Positions 39,101-51,678 of a DNA stretch of 64,000 nt are shown here, one piece after another. Below the pieces are notes generated by a model. It did no database searches, had not been told where the DNA came from, and saw only the letters and a program-made list of their open reading frames with translations. Origin of the DNA: Sminthopsis crassicaudata (lineage: Eukaryota). The stretch is from the NCBI RefSeq assembly GCF_048593235.1, contig NC_133618.1, positions 610,470,889 through 610,534,888 on the forward strand. Reading direction: 5' to 3'. The translations under genes and the position numbers were made by a program. Position 1 is the stretch's first letter, and each line of letters starts with the position of its first letter.

Positions 39101-42100
39101 TCAATACAACCAAAATTAGAAGGAAAGCAGAAAGCTGGGAAATAATCTTTATAGCAAGTATTTATGATAAAGGCCCCATTTCTCAAATATATAGAGGACT
39201 GAATCAATGAAATATATGTATTTTTGGCTGTAGCTTGTTCCTTTAATATGTAGAGGATCTGAAGGAGGAAGGTAGGGAGGAATGACTTCTAAGCATGAGT
39301 CCTGGCCAGTGCAAAGCTAGGAAATAGGAGCTGGAGCACAGGGGGATAAGAACAGCAAGATCCATGGACTTAATAACAGTACATTAGAGCTCTGAAAGCC
39401 CGGAAATTTTCCTTTTATCCTAGAGGCAGACGTGGGAAGGTAGTGACTGGAGGCAGGAGGACAGCAAGCAGGCCAGAACCAAAGAGTGGAGTGGGCTCTG
39501 GGAGCCAAAAGATGGGGGCATATGTGAAAAATACTGCAAACAAAGAAACAGAAAGAGGATTTCCCAGGATAGACACATGTGCTGAGGCTGGAGACTGGAA
39601 GGATGGGGCTGCCCTCAAAAGACAGAAGAAGTTCCAAAGAGGGAGAGATTCTGGAGAAAACAGGATGAGTTTGGTTTTAAGTATGCTGAACCTGCAATGT
39701 TTTTAGGACATCCAGTTTGAACATCTGATAAGCAGTGATCCATAACTGGAAAAGGACTGGAGCTAGCTATGTAGATGTAGGAGTCATCTGCATGGAGATG
39801 AGAAGATACTTAAGTCTATGGAAGCTGAAGAGACTGCCAGAGAGGGAGGGAGAGAAAAAGAGGGGGGGGGAGGGGCAGCTAGGTGGTGCAGTGGATAGAG
39901 CACCAGCCTTGAATTCAGGAGGACCCGAGTTCAAATCTGATCTCAGACACTTAACACTTCCTAGCTGTGTGACCTTGGGCAAGTCACTTAACCCCAGCCT
40001 CAGGAAAAAAAAAGGGGGGGGGAGAGAGACGGAGGGGAGAGGGGGAGGAGAAAGAAGGGAAAAGAAGACAGAGGGGGAGGGAGAGAGGAGGGGAGAAGAG
40101 AGGGGGGAAAGGAGAGGGGAGAGGATGGGGGAAAAAGAGGGGGAGGGTCCACTCACTTAGGGGATGTGGTGAACCAGGAAAAGACTGGGATGATAGATCA
40201 TGCTTTGTGCTAAAGAAAATTACAGAGACAATTAGGAAGAAGTATAATAATGGATTATCCTGATTTATGACCATTATACATGAGAAAGCTAACATTCCTC
40301 CTTCAAAATATGTCCATCATTTCCCCTAACACCTAAACTGGAAAAACTGGATCCTCTAATTGTCTGAAGTTTCATCTCTGCAAGAGACTTTTTTTTTCCT
40401 CTGGGTAACTTAACCATTTTATTATTATTAATAAGACCAGAATGATCAATGGCCATCTCACACAGACCAAAGTCAGTCAAGGCAATAGGCTCATAGTTTA
40501 CATATAGCTTTCAAAAGCTCAGGTGGTTAATGGGGTTGAGACCCTGGCCCAGAGAAATTATCTCCATTCCCACCTAGGGCCATCCAGACAAAAGCATTTG
40601 TTCCTACCCAAGCTTTAAGTAGAACATAATAGGCTTCTTTACTCTAGATTATTAAATTCCTAGAAAAGGTTGGATCAGGTCAGACCAAGGTGGAGAAGAA
40701 TCAATGCAATCTCATTATTAGCAATGTCCTTCAAGAAAAAGGAACTTTTTAAAAATGAGGAACTTAAAAAAAAAGGGTGAGAACCTCCGAAACTCCCCAA
40801 GATATTGGTTACTAATAATCATTTCTCATGTTTCCTCATTTGATTCTTGACAGGTATGGCCTCCTCAATGAATCACTGATAAGACAAACACTTTATTAAA
40901 GCTTTCTAACTATCAGACTTATAAAGGGAGACAATGTGAGAGAAAAAAGGAAAAGACTGACAATATCAAAGTAGCAATCCTCTTGGATCTTACAGATAAA
41001 AGGCAGAAGGGAAAAAGTAAATAGCAAAATAAAATTTATAGACGCATGTCCTTGGTCTGATGCAGACTTTTGGTTTGGGTACAATCTCATAACAGTTGTT
41101 CTCCAGCTCAGATCACCTGTAGAAATTCTCTGCCAAAAATTTCCTACAAAATTCGTCTTAACACAATTTTAAATTTACTTTGTCAATAAACCAGGTCAGA
41201 TAATGAAAATTAGCTTAAACCTTATGTTTATTACTAGAAAATTAAACATGAAACTTTTTATACCAGGGAATTTACAATTNNNNNNNNNNNNNNNNNNNNN
41301 NNNNNNNNNNNNNNNNNNNNNNNNNNNNNNNNNNNNNNNNNNNNNNNNNNNNNNNNNNNNNNNNNNNNNNNNNNNNNNNNNNNNNNNNNNNNNNNNNNNN
41401 NNNNNNNNNNNNNNNNNNNNNNNNNNNNNNNNNNNNNNNNNNNNNNNNNNNNNNNNNNNNNNNNNNNNNNNNAAAACTAGAATGCAAATTTTATACATGG
41501 CATTATTTATTCCCCCATTAGGAGTATGAGATTCTGCTAAAGAGTTAATAACATAACACTTTTCACAAGAAGATTTTCATACAGAAATGAATTCATTTAA
41601 AAGCTGCCAGATTATCTGCAATCATAACAAAAGGTTATGGGATAGGATACATGGGTATCTTGAGTAGTCAATTTTAAAACCATGCATACCAAGTAAATTA
41701 TTTAAAATAAAACATTTTCAACTCCTAGCCATGTTCAAACGAATAATGCTTAGTAAAAGTGGATTTCTTACAAAACAGATCACAAGCCATTCTTCTTCTA
41801 AGATAACTAACTTTATTGATATTCTTTCCCCCAAGAGACATTACTGCAGCACTTCTCAAGAAGGCAGCTTCATTTAGGAACTCAGCATAATACAAGGAAC
41901 TCACATTGTCAAGGGGAAAACAACTACAGTGAGAAGTATAAAAGATCATTTTCACAAGGATATGTATATTGCATATAGAGAGAGAATGAAGATGGGCAAA
42001 GAAAAGGACCAAATTGAGCATATCCTAGTTCCAGAGAGCTTTTTGGATTCCAAATCCATCTTTTCTATAGGCATTCAAGTCAATTTTTAAGCAGCATGGT

Positions 42101-45100
42101 CAAGCAAGATGAGAAAAGAGTTTATAGAGGCAGATGGTAAACAGAAAGTTTCCAAAGAATAAGGAGCAGTTTCTCTTGGATAGAGCCTTGTAAACAGGAG
42201 TCTGTCTGGCCTCCATTCTCAGAGGCATTAGAATTCAGTTTCTGAGCTAAGATGTGACTTGTTCTGGCTGAAGAACGGGGCGGTTAAATGAGGCAGTAGA
42301 AAAGAGATTCCCTAGTTGGGATTCACGGCTTGTGATTGGCACCAATTCAGCCATCAGGAATTCACATTCCTTCTTATGCCAGGATATGGAGGAGCCAGCT
42401 GCTGCCCCTGCTAACCAAAAAGAAAAAGTGAGCAGGATGCAAAGTGGAAGAAGGGTAAGCTTACAGAAGGAGCACTGGCATAGCTAATGGGTTGACAAAC
42501 TAATGAAGTCATAAGCAAAGCATATGCTTCTCTCCTCAGCTACAAGTGGGGAAAAATGTTTATTTCTGGAATTTACCTCCTAAAAGAAATTGGAGCTACA
42601 AGGTAACCAGAGCTAGTTTGTCCCAGATCTCATTCAATAGAAGAGTCTAGGAAACCATTAAAGCCCTTCCTTTTAACAGTCATTCACAGGAAAGGGACCA
42701 ATACTTATTTGTAGAGATGGCCATCACTGATCTGATTCTGAATCATCCAAAATCCTGACCTGCTCCTGTGGACCTGAGGTCACAAAAAGCCTAGCTTCTG
42801 ACAACTGCTTCTCTGACTAGGCAACTCTGTGACTACTGGTGAGTCACCTAAAATCCCTCTGCTTCAATTTCCTGCTAAATAAGTCAATGAATGAATATAA
42901 ACCCACGAATACCCTTTGATCCAGCAATACCACTACTAGATATGTAACCCAAAAAGATGGAAAAAAAAGAGGGGGTGTGTGGAAAGGCCCTACTTGTTCA
43001 AAAGTATTTATAGCAAGTCTTTTTGTGGTGGCAACAAATAGGAAATTGAGGAGAAACCTATCATCTGTAAAATGGCTGTGGCATATGATTTTGATGAAAT
43101 TCTATTGTGCTGTAAGTGATGAGAATGATGACTTCAGGAAAACCAGGAAAGATTTATGTGAACTGAAGTGAAATGAGCAGAACCAGGAGAATATTATATA
43201 CAATAAAATACAATGATTAATTGTGAATGACTTAACTCTTCTCAACAATATAATGATACCAGATAATTCCAAAGAATACTCGATGAAAAATGCTATCCAC
43301 ATCCAGAGACTAGATGGAGTCTAAATACACATCAAAGCATATTATTCTTTAAAATTTTTGGTGGGTTTTTTTCAGGGGCCTGTGTTGATTTTCATAAGAT
43401 GACTAATATGGAAATGTTTGGCATGATTACACATATATAATATATACTAGATTGCTTCCTGTCTCAGGGAAGCTGGAGAGAGAAAATTTGGAATTCAAAA
43501 CAAAACAAAACAATATATTTTTTAAAAAGAGCAAATACTGATAGCACCTGCCTCAAAAGGTTACTATGAAAATCAATGATATAATGAATATAAAATGTTT
43601 TGCAAACCTCAAAGCACTGCATACCATTTTTATTATCTTTTGGAAAATCCTCATCCAATTCCAAAAAAACCTGCCCAATGGGATTCAAGTGCATCTGTGA
43701 TTCTGTGAATAAAAACTGTTTTGCAGCATTTCTTAATGTGCTATCACCACTGAATATGGCCTATATGTATTCAGAATATGATATTTGCATGCTCTTCCTG
43801 AATCCCAGTGTATACTTCCTATTACTAAGATTTACCTGATTCATATACACACCCTTAAAAGAACATAAGCTCAATGAGTGCAGAGCTTGTTCATTTCGTT
43901 TATGTTTATATCCAAGGCCTCAGTACAATACAAGGTGTATAATAAATGCTTGTAAATTGACCAGCTCTGATACTCTCAAATAACAATTAAAGCAATATTA
44001 CAAATAAGAAAAAAGTTGTATAACTCAGGAGAAAAGAAAATGGGGAGAAAGTAGCACATGTAAGAATAAAAGTTGTGTATAAATCAAGTTGGAAAATATT
44101 TTAAAATATACTAAGTATTTAAAAATCCTAATATTCCAAGGGAAAATGATTAAACTTCCAATAACTCAGTCCAATTCTATATATTCACAAAGGAAGAAAC
44201 AGAAGTCAGGAAAGCCAAGAATCCTGGGGTTAGAGTCAACCTTGACAATGAACTTGTGACTGGAACTGTCATTATCACTCTCAAGGTTTCAGCACTCCCT
44301 ATCTATATATAAACAATACCCTCGTCAATAAATATGTAGAAGTTTTTGTTAATGAAACATTTGGGATCTTAAACCGAAAAGATACTGCTGGAAGACAGTC
44401 TGCTATGAGTGGACTTACTGGCCTTCCAAACTTAGGGGAATTTGGCCAGAACACAGCTGGCACCCGAAGTTAGGAAGGAAGCTACAAATTGTTACCTACT
44501 GGGATGCACGACACAGGTACAATTGTCTTTTTAAATATAGGCCATTCCTGCCTACTAGTATCCCCTAAACTAACCACACTTCTCAAGTTGGGCACAGCAA
44601 TCCCGAGTGGGCCCCGAGGTGGTGGATCAAAGTGTTTATATGAGCACGAATGTAGAATGCACAACCAGACTCCTGTCTGAACTGAATGCAACCTCTCTAG
44701 AATTCAAAAGCAGGCAACTCTGACTTGGTCCCACCCATGCTCCCAGACTGCTTTTCCTACTGAGGGAACTACAAACATCTCTGAGACTTAAGGCAAAGCT
44801 AATTTTTTATTACTGGCTAATTCAATTCCTCCACCTTCCTCCCCATTTCAGGAATACTATGTTCCCTCAGAGAAGAGGATGAAATACCATGTTAACAGTT
44901 TTCTTAATGAAAACTAAAATGATAGCAAATCAAAAGTTATCAGGGGAAAAAGAGCATACATCAAAGAGCTCCAAAATTAAGCTTTTATCTCCAAGCTTCA
45001 AACCAGTTCCACTTTCCAATTTGTTCACTTCTTATAATTCACTGTACCTTCCAAGCTAAAACCTGTCTCTCCTTCAGTCAGTCAATGCTTTAAACAAGCA

Positions 45101-47522
45101 TTTTATTACATTTTTTTCTTTGTGCTAAGTAATGTGTTTAGTGCTAGGGATCCCTCTCACATCCATCCTATTAAGTTTTTGCCCTCCAAAAGTTTGCTTT
45201 CCAGGGGGCACAGACAACATGTAGATAACCGGTACTTAAGACACATTCAGGGTAAATGAAAGGTAATTTCAGTGAGAAGGGCACTAGAAGCTGAGTTTAT
45301 CACTAGGTGATAAAGTCAGTAAATTTGCTTATTGGTAGCTTTTCAGTTAAATCCATTTAAGGCCTCCTCGGTCACAATCCATGACTTGACAGAATTTTAT
45401 CTTAAACTACTCACCCCCTCCAAAACCAACACTAGATTTGGGTCAAACTACCGTCCTCACTCTATGGCCTCTAAGTCCTCGGCTCAAACCTCCCCCAGGA
45501 TTTAGTTTCTGAAATAAGGAGATAAGCTCCCAGAGGACTGGAACAATGAAAACTCTGGTATTTGTATCTCCCAACATTTAGACAACATCTGGCACAAGGA
45601 GAGGGAGCTTTTCATTCATTCATCGTGGACCGCTTAAATCCCCCTCACGTTACTGGTGGGGCTCAAGACAACCAATGGCCATTTATCAAGCACCTACCGC
45701 TGCCAGGCGGAGTCATCCCGCTAAATTGATTTTCCTCCTCTAGTTTTGTAGAGTCGTGTCTGACTCTACATGAGGCCATTTTCGGTTTTCTTGGCAGATA
45801 CAGGAGAGGTTGTGGTTTCCTTCTTACAAGTGAAGAAACTGAGGTAAATAGGGTTAAGCGACTTGCCGGGGTCACAGAGATCCTAAGGGCCCAAAGACAG
45901 ATTTGGACTCCGGGAGATGAGTCTTGCTGACTTGGGGTCCGTTAGTGTATCCACTAGAAGCCTAGCAGCCCTGATAATTATTGTACTCTCGTATTACTGT
46001 CTAACTGGTTTATTTATAATGTCCTCATGCAGGAACCCCGTCTCATAATTCTTACATCTACAGAAAAAAAAGCATCAAAGCTTGCCGTACACAGGTTTCC
46101 CAGCCTAACATCAGAGCACTCACTGTGAAGCGTTATTCCCAATTTACATAAATGGGAACTGAAACTCAGGGGGTCAGGTAAGTCCTGGGGGTCCCAGAAA
46201 GTGACAAGCGCAGGATACTAGACCAGAACCAGTCAGTCCGTGCAACCACTTCCCACAGGGCCACTGCCCAAGAGGAGCTTTCTGAGGCACTACCAAAGGC
46301 AAGGGCCGCCCAGGACTGATGGTGTGAAAGGAACTTTGTCGCCAACAAAGCCGGGTTTATCTTTCATTCTAGAAGCTGCCATGCCGCGCCAGGGACTGGA
46401 CTTAAGGGAGGCACCTGCCTCACTTCCCTCCAGAGCCGGCCGGACTTGGAGACCGGGACTTCTGGAAAAAGCGCCCGATGTGCCGGGAGACTGCCTGAAG
46501 CCTTCCACAGGCTCAGTCTGACTGAGGCACCCGGAGCAGAGCAAGCGCGACGGGACGGGGGCTGCTGACCGTCATCGCGCGCCCGCTGGACGGTTCAGTA
46601 ATTAAAACGTGACACCGGCACCGCTATTCAAACCCAATGTGCCTTTCACTAACTTTACTATCCGGTCCTATTCCAACTGCTTCTCAAAAGTTTGTCTTCG
46701 TCCATGAAACACCAAACACCTCCTTTTATCATTCACAAGCCTGAGGGGTCACAATCAGGGCGCAGGCCCTTCTGGGGTCCCCCAAACGTAAGGGCCGAGG
46801 GCCGGACCCCGGCCGAGCAGTGACTGCAGGTCTCCGCTAACTCGGCACGGCCCGGCCCAGGCGAGAGCCCCTCCCCGAGGCACCTGCCTGGTCCCGGAAG
46901 GACATCGGGAAACGGGGCGGGAGAGTCACCCATCTCCAAAGGGGCGGTGATCCCTGCTCGGCGGAGGGTCGGGGGCCTGCCTGACTCTCCAACTTGTGGC
47001 GGGAGCCCCGTTCCAGGCTCGCTCAGTACCAGATAACAAAGTTCCGCGGGGGCGGAAAGGTCCCCGAGGAGCGGCTCCAAGAGAGAAAGGGGGCCGGAGG
47101 GCTGCGCGCGGGAAGCGCCCCCCACGACCTTTCCTCCCCATCCCTCCCCAGGCCGAAGCCCGCTTTCCGAGCCCACGTGGCTCCCTGCTGAGGCTTGCCC
47201 ACGCCGCGTCGTACGCCGGCTCTCCCGGGCCTAGTCCTCCTCCTTCCCCTCCTCCCCTGCCCTGCTCCGTCGCGGCCCCTTTTCCTCTCCGGACCGCTCG
47301 ACCCTCGTCGGCTTCCGTCCCCGGGCCCGCCCCAACTGCCGCCTCCATCCCCTCCCGCTGCCCCAGAGGCGGCGGCGGCCGCTCCCTTTCCGCAGCGTGC
47401 AGTGCAGATGTACCTGCCGCCACCTCGGCCGCCGGGCCGTCCTGGTGCCCAACCACAAAGTCCTGGACGAGGCCTCCCAGGGCGCACGCCGGGGCCAGCG
47501 CCTCCTCCGCGGCCGCGGCCAT
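23826..47522 (-). CDS. MMS19: MMS19 cytosolic Fe-S assembly (CIA) targeting component, 31 exons, 1027 aa
   Basis: Exons: 47522-47414, 37856-37808, 36325-36225, 35557-35472, 35274-35200, 34567-34498, 34085-33957, 33871-33810, 32761-32675, 32343-32269, 31893-31816, 31187-31049, 30850-30696, 30557-30479, 30262-30137, 29967-29886, 29365-29268, 29099-28950, 28462-28310, 27440-27341, 27135-27033, 26891-26823, 26614-26488, 25589-25489, 25349-25293, 25210-25024, 24847-24765, 24661-24497, 24411-24352, 24041-23941, 23853-23826. Total 3084 bp, all GT-AG, frame closes. Hallmark peptides FIQVMDGEKDPRNLL, CYFPVDFTPPPNDPHGI, LDDKKRLVRREAV. Confidence 0.98.
25765..26121 (-). mobile_element. L1 3' end fragment in MMS19 intron 23
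   Basis: Same subfamily as 38250-38782, in the opposite orientation. Confidence 0.8.
28593..28770. mobile_element. Old non-autonomous hAT-like MITE in MMS19 intron 18
   Basis: Starts cagggctt and ends ccagctatg, flanked by 8-bp TSD-like acttaaag / gtttaaag. Family not assignable by eye. Confidence 0.5.
32933..33084 (+). mobile_element. WSINE1-type CORE-SINE with (CAAA)n tail
   Basis: Head gggga..ggcacagtggatagagc and core ctgtgtgacc..ggcaagttacttaac. Confidence 0.85.
33155..33240. repeat. Compound microsatellite (GT)n(AT)n(AG)n
   Basis: Read directly from the sequence. Confidence 0.9.
38250..38782 (+). mobile_element. L1 3' end with poly(A) in MMS19 intron 1
   Basis: cagaaccaggagatcattatac...aatgatcaattctgatggac...; A-rich tail. 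A further older L1 ORF2 piece follows at ~38810-39200. Confidence 0.85.
39872..40013 (+). mobile_element. WSINE1-type CORE-SINE followed by a GA-rich tract
   Basis: ggggcagctaggtggtgcagtggatagagcaccagcc...gtgaccttgggcaagtcacttaacccc. Confidence 0.9.
41280..41472. other. Assembly gap (193 N)
   Basis: Run of N in MMS19 intron 1. Confidence 1.
42905..43500 (+). mobile_element. Older L1 3' fragment
   Basis: ataccctttgatccagcaataccactactag..., remnant KVFIASLFVVATN. Confidence 0.75.
45735..45972 (-). mobile_element. MAR1-type SINE
   Basis: gtcgtgtctgactct...gttttcttggcagatac...gaaactgagg.aaatagggttaagcgacttgcc.ggggtcaca. CORE plus RTE-like tail pattern. Confidence 0.7.
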
Positions 47523-49700
47523 GATCGGAAATTGGGAGGGGGAAGAGGGGTAAGACACGGAGGAGGCAGCCCCACGGCAGCGCTGGGGCAGCCTCGCGCA
47601 TGCGCCCCCGACCAATCACGTGTTGAACCGGGAGAAGGAGGGTTGCTCAGGTCACGTGTTAGCCCCCTTCCTGGCCGGACTGTCCCAGAGAGGGAGAGGA
47701 CGGCCCTGTGTCGAAGGGGAAGGGTCAACACCCCGGGGATTCGGCTGTTTCCTAGAGTGGGCAGGAGGGCACCCCGCTCTAGACCACTAACGAAGCCGGC
47801 TTTCGGGGATAGAGCGGGCGGCGGAGCGGGTACCTGGCTGGGTGGGGCCCGTATGGGACGCCCCCTCAGGGGAACCCAATGAGAGAGCCGGGCCCGGGCC
47901 GGGGGGCGGTGCCGACGGTCACATGCTCACCTGGGTCGGGGGGCGGAGGCAGAGCCGGGCCGGGCCAGGCCGGGGCGGGGCTTGGCAGGTGAGTGACAGT
48001 CTCCGGGGCCGGACTCCGATGGGAGCTAGGAGCTAGGTCGGAGTCGCCTCGGCCGCGGTGTCCCCCCCCCCTTCTGCTCTCTCGGTGGTCTCTTCTGTCT
48101 GCCGGTTCCGGCCCCAGCCCCCCTGGCCCGACCACCTGGGGCGGACCCTTGAGCGCTGTGGGAGCCGCCCTCTCGCCCGCTCTCCCGCAAAGTTTGTGGC
48201 CGAGCCGGCGTCGGGGGCTGAGCGCGCCCTGGGGAGCGAGGGGGCAACAACCGATGCCGAACGGCCGGAGCAGTTGAGTCCGGAGTGGCCCGGGACCCCT
48301 CGGGGCATCGGAGGAGCAGTGAGCCCCGCCGCCGGTGCATGGGGCCGGGCTGAGCCGCGGCCATGGGCAACTGCGTGGGGAGACAGCGCCGAGAGAGGCC
48401 GGCTGCGCCGGGACACCCCCGTAAGCGAGCAGGTGAGGACCCCGCCGCGCTCTGCCCCCGCCCGGCTCGGTCCCGGTCTGGCCGGGCACGGGGGAGGGGG
48501 CGTTGGGCGGCGAGTCGCGCCCGGAGCCGCCGGGGGGCCGGGGGGAGGGGAGGAGGAGGCGGCGGCCGGTCTGGGCTCCTCCGAGCGGGGCTGAGCCCAG
48601 CTCCGTCCCACTGGGAAGTGGCCGAGGGAGGGGAGGAGGGGGGCGGAAATGCCGGCTACGGCCGCGGGCCGGAGCTCCGAGGGCGGCGGTGGGGCGGAGC
48701 GGAGCGGCTGCCGGGGCTCTGCGCCCATCCCGCCGGGGAGAGGGACCTCGTGGAGCCCGGGGGGGAGATCGGGGCCGGGGCCGCGGCACTCTGAGCCCTC
48801 GGGAAATGACCGGACCGGTAACGCGGCGCGTCCTCGAGGGGAAACCCGGGCTCCCAGCGCCTCTGAGGGACTGCTCTGACCCCGGAGGGGCTCCCGGGAG
48901 GGGGGGTGAAGGCCGGCGAGAGGCCGAGGGCAGTTTCCCTCTCCCGCCGAGGTGTGAGCGGCGCCTTCCCCTCCTGCACGTTCTGTTCACCCCGCTGGCC
49001 CCACTTTCTCCCCAAACGCGGGCAAGGCCACAGGCGCTGCATGGGCACCCCCCAGGGACCTGCCACCTGAGGGGCTCAGCGCCAGCCCCGGGTTCTCTTC
49101 GGGTCTCACAGCCTGATTGACGCCCGGACCCAGGCCGCCCGCTGAATGTGGTCGCGGGGCAAGGCCCGCGGTCCCCGGCTCCCCCACTGCGGCTCTGGCC
49201 CGGATCCGCCCCCTCCATCCCGACCCTCCACCTGCTCATCCTTCAGCCTCCTTCCCCGACTTCCCCCTCTCCAGTTAGAAGGATCTTCCCCTTCCCTGAG
49301 CTCTCAGACAGCTGTCCTGAACTTTTGTCCAGCGCTCAGCTTTAGTTCTTGTGTGTGTTAGGTTTCCTCCCGTTGACACTGTCTGAGGCCGGGCATCCTT
49401 AAAGCGCCCTTCGCGCCCTTATCTTGTGTGAGGAGAAAAGGAGGCTCGGGAGGTAAAGGGCACGATCCCGCCGGCTGCTGTGCTTCACACTAATGTACTC
49501 GGGCAGATCCCGCCGCTCTGCGAGGCCTGGAAGACTTCCCGGGGGGGAGGGGAGTGCGGTCAGGGTATGGAGGGTGAGACCCCGGACACACAAGTGTGAT
49601 TTATCTGGCGGACGGAGCTGCACACTGAGTTCTTAGTGGGAGGGTCACAGAAGGGACGATCACCGCAGCTGGGCAGAGGGGCATGCGTGTGGGAGATAGG
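46400..49700. promoter_or_regulatory. CpG island / bidirectional promoter of MMS19 and UBTD1
   Basis: GC/CpG-rich block spanning both first exons, whose ATGs are 841 bp apart. NRF1 palindrome GCGCATGCGC at 47596-47605, CCAAT at 47612-47616, E-boxes CACGTG at 47617-47622 and 47653-47658. Confidence 0.9.
48363..48432 (+). CDS. UBTD1: Ubiquitin domain-containing protein 1, first coding exon (rest outside the window)
   Basis: 70-bp exon MGNCVGRQRRERPAAPGHPRKRA(G). Kozak gccATGg and donor cag|gtgagg. Matches the mammalian UBTD1 N-terminus as I recall it, at the syntenic position head-to-head with MMS19. Confidence 0.93.
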
Positions 49701-51678
49701 TTTCGGGCAGAAGGCTAAAATCATGGTAAATACTTGGCATTCCGGTGACAAATCTGAGGCTCGGCCTGTGACAGTTCTCCCAACTCCCCCTCCCCCAAGG
49801 TCTTTCTTTATCCTTGAAATGGATAGTTTGTCTTGAGAACTAGCTTCCCTTTCTCTTATTCTTCGGTCCCATGCCCTTCCACAAACCAACAACTGCTTTT
49901 GACTAAACTCAGGAGCTCTCTCTACTTTCCTTGGACAAACGTGTGTCCTTGTCAGTGAGTTTGTTAAACTTATTAGATGATTGAATGGGAAAGTAACTAG
50001 CCTGGCTCCCTCCTGCGTGCGACTGCGCTGCTCCGTTGCTTTGAGGACCCGTCCTGTCACCTTTTCACTTCCCTTGTCCCAGGGTACCAGTATCAGCAGG
50101 CTCCAGCGTGTCTGGTACCCGCTGCATGGGCCGACCCCCGTGGATTTATTTAGGAGACTGGCCCTTAGTGGTCACTTAGGGTTGTACTTGGAGCGTCCAG
50201 AAGCCCTTCTGTTGACCCCTTTGCTTGGGGGAGTTCTTAAAATAGGAAATTCTGGTGAGAAGGCAGGGTCCGGGAGGCCTCTTGTCAGTATCTCACATTT
50301 CCCCACTTCTGCTGGTGATTGCTGAGCCCTTGTCTATGTTAAGCTGCCAGCTGTGACTGGAGGGGGATCTAGGAGCAGGATGGGGGGGGGGGTGGAGAAG
50401 GGGCAGGCCTGACCTCCACTTGGCAGGCAAGACTTAGGATCCCATTGGAAAAAGTTAGTTGCATCCAGGCCTGGGTTCAAATTCTAGCTCTTACCCTTAT
50501 TGGCCGGGGTCTGCCCAAGTCATCGGATCTTGGTTCTGTATAATGGAGGGCTTGGCACTAGATGATCCCAGACCTTTTCATGCCCAAATCCTCTGGCTCC
50601 AGATTTTCCTTTTGTAAAACTTCACATTGGGGGTAATATTGTGCTTGCACCCTGCCTAGTTTCCAGAAGTAGGTTGGAAACTGGGAGTGCCTTATATACA
50701 AAATAGATTCATGGAAAAAGACAAGGGTTCATGAGTTAAGATTTTGGTAATAGTTCCAGATCTGCCTTAGAAAAGACACCTAACCCTTAACCCACCCTCC
50801 TCCTTTTAGATAAACAATCAACTTCAAACTTCTTATAGGATGTCTGGGGATAAAAAATAAATTAATCTTCGTGATGTAAATGCTTTTGGAAAAATTACAA
50901 GCTCTATACTGATGTGAGGTGGAAGAGGAGTGTCTCATTTATTTGGCATTTGTTGGGAAAGAAAAAGCAGATACTTAGCTCTGGAAGTACCTAACATTTT
51001 TAAAAAAATTATAATGACAATATTACCAAATTTTTCTTTCTTCCCTGTCTTTAAGCCCCTCTCCCATAGTAAGTGTCAGTTAATCTGTTCTCACTAAAAC
51101 AGGGTCATGGTTATGTAATAGTCTTGAGTATATTTGCCCTTATATTAAATCTCCTAGATTGCCAGCTATGGTTTGGGTTTTTTTGGGCTAGGATACTAGA
51201 TAAGTAAGCCTGTTAGAATTGTCTCTAAGAGATTGTGCTTGTGAACCAGAATCTACACTGAAATCAAGTTCCTAAGCTCAATATTGAGACTTTGGTGGGT
51301 CAAAACCTCCGGGGTTCTTGGTCACATTTTGGAAAGTCAAGATTGTTTTTGTATCCCTGGCTTGGTCTGCGGTGAAGCGAGATTGATTCCTACCACCTGA
51401 GTGAATGCTAAAAAGCAACTGAGGCTGTCTTCATTTCATAAGGTGTTGGGTTTTTTAATCCTATCTTCCTTCTGAGAGATGTTGGAATAATATGACCTGG
51501 CACAGAGATAGGGAACCAGAAAACAGGCAAAAGTAAGTGTATTACCCAGCATTGACAGTGACATGTTCGAACTTCCCGGCACTGGTTGGGTATGCACATA
51601 TCCTGAAGTCTTGTGTGGCAAATTGCTTCCCCCTCTTCTGGAGTTAAGTAATGCCTATGAACATTTTGTGGGAAACTT

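Noticed and set aside
39872-39940. tRNA gene (A/B-box-like motifs, also in other SINE heads)
   Set aside because: tRNA-derived SINE heads that continue into the CORE domain; no cloverleaf.
41196-41529. ORFs spanning the N run; possible missing MMS19 exon
   Set aside because: The ORFs are artefacts of N. MMS19 exon 1 (phase 1) joins exon 2 in frame, so no coding exon is needed in the gap.
41725-42021. 98-aa ORF near the gap, as a possible nested gene or pseudogene
   Set aside because: No recognisable homology; the sequence looks like ordinary intron.
45293-45317. Short palindrome tttatcac-tag-gtgataaa
   Set aside because: An 8-bp stem within repeat-derived sequence, at chance level.
46733-49361. 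457-aa and other long ORFs at the MMS19/UBTD1 promoter
   Set aside because: Same stop-codon depletion artefact. Only MMS19 exon 1 and UBTD1 exon 1 are recognisable.
50082-50120. gggtaccag...ctggtaccc hairpin as a pre-miRNA
   Set aside because: Only about 9-12 bp pair, with a large loop; too short for a Drosha substrate.
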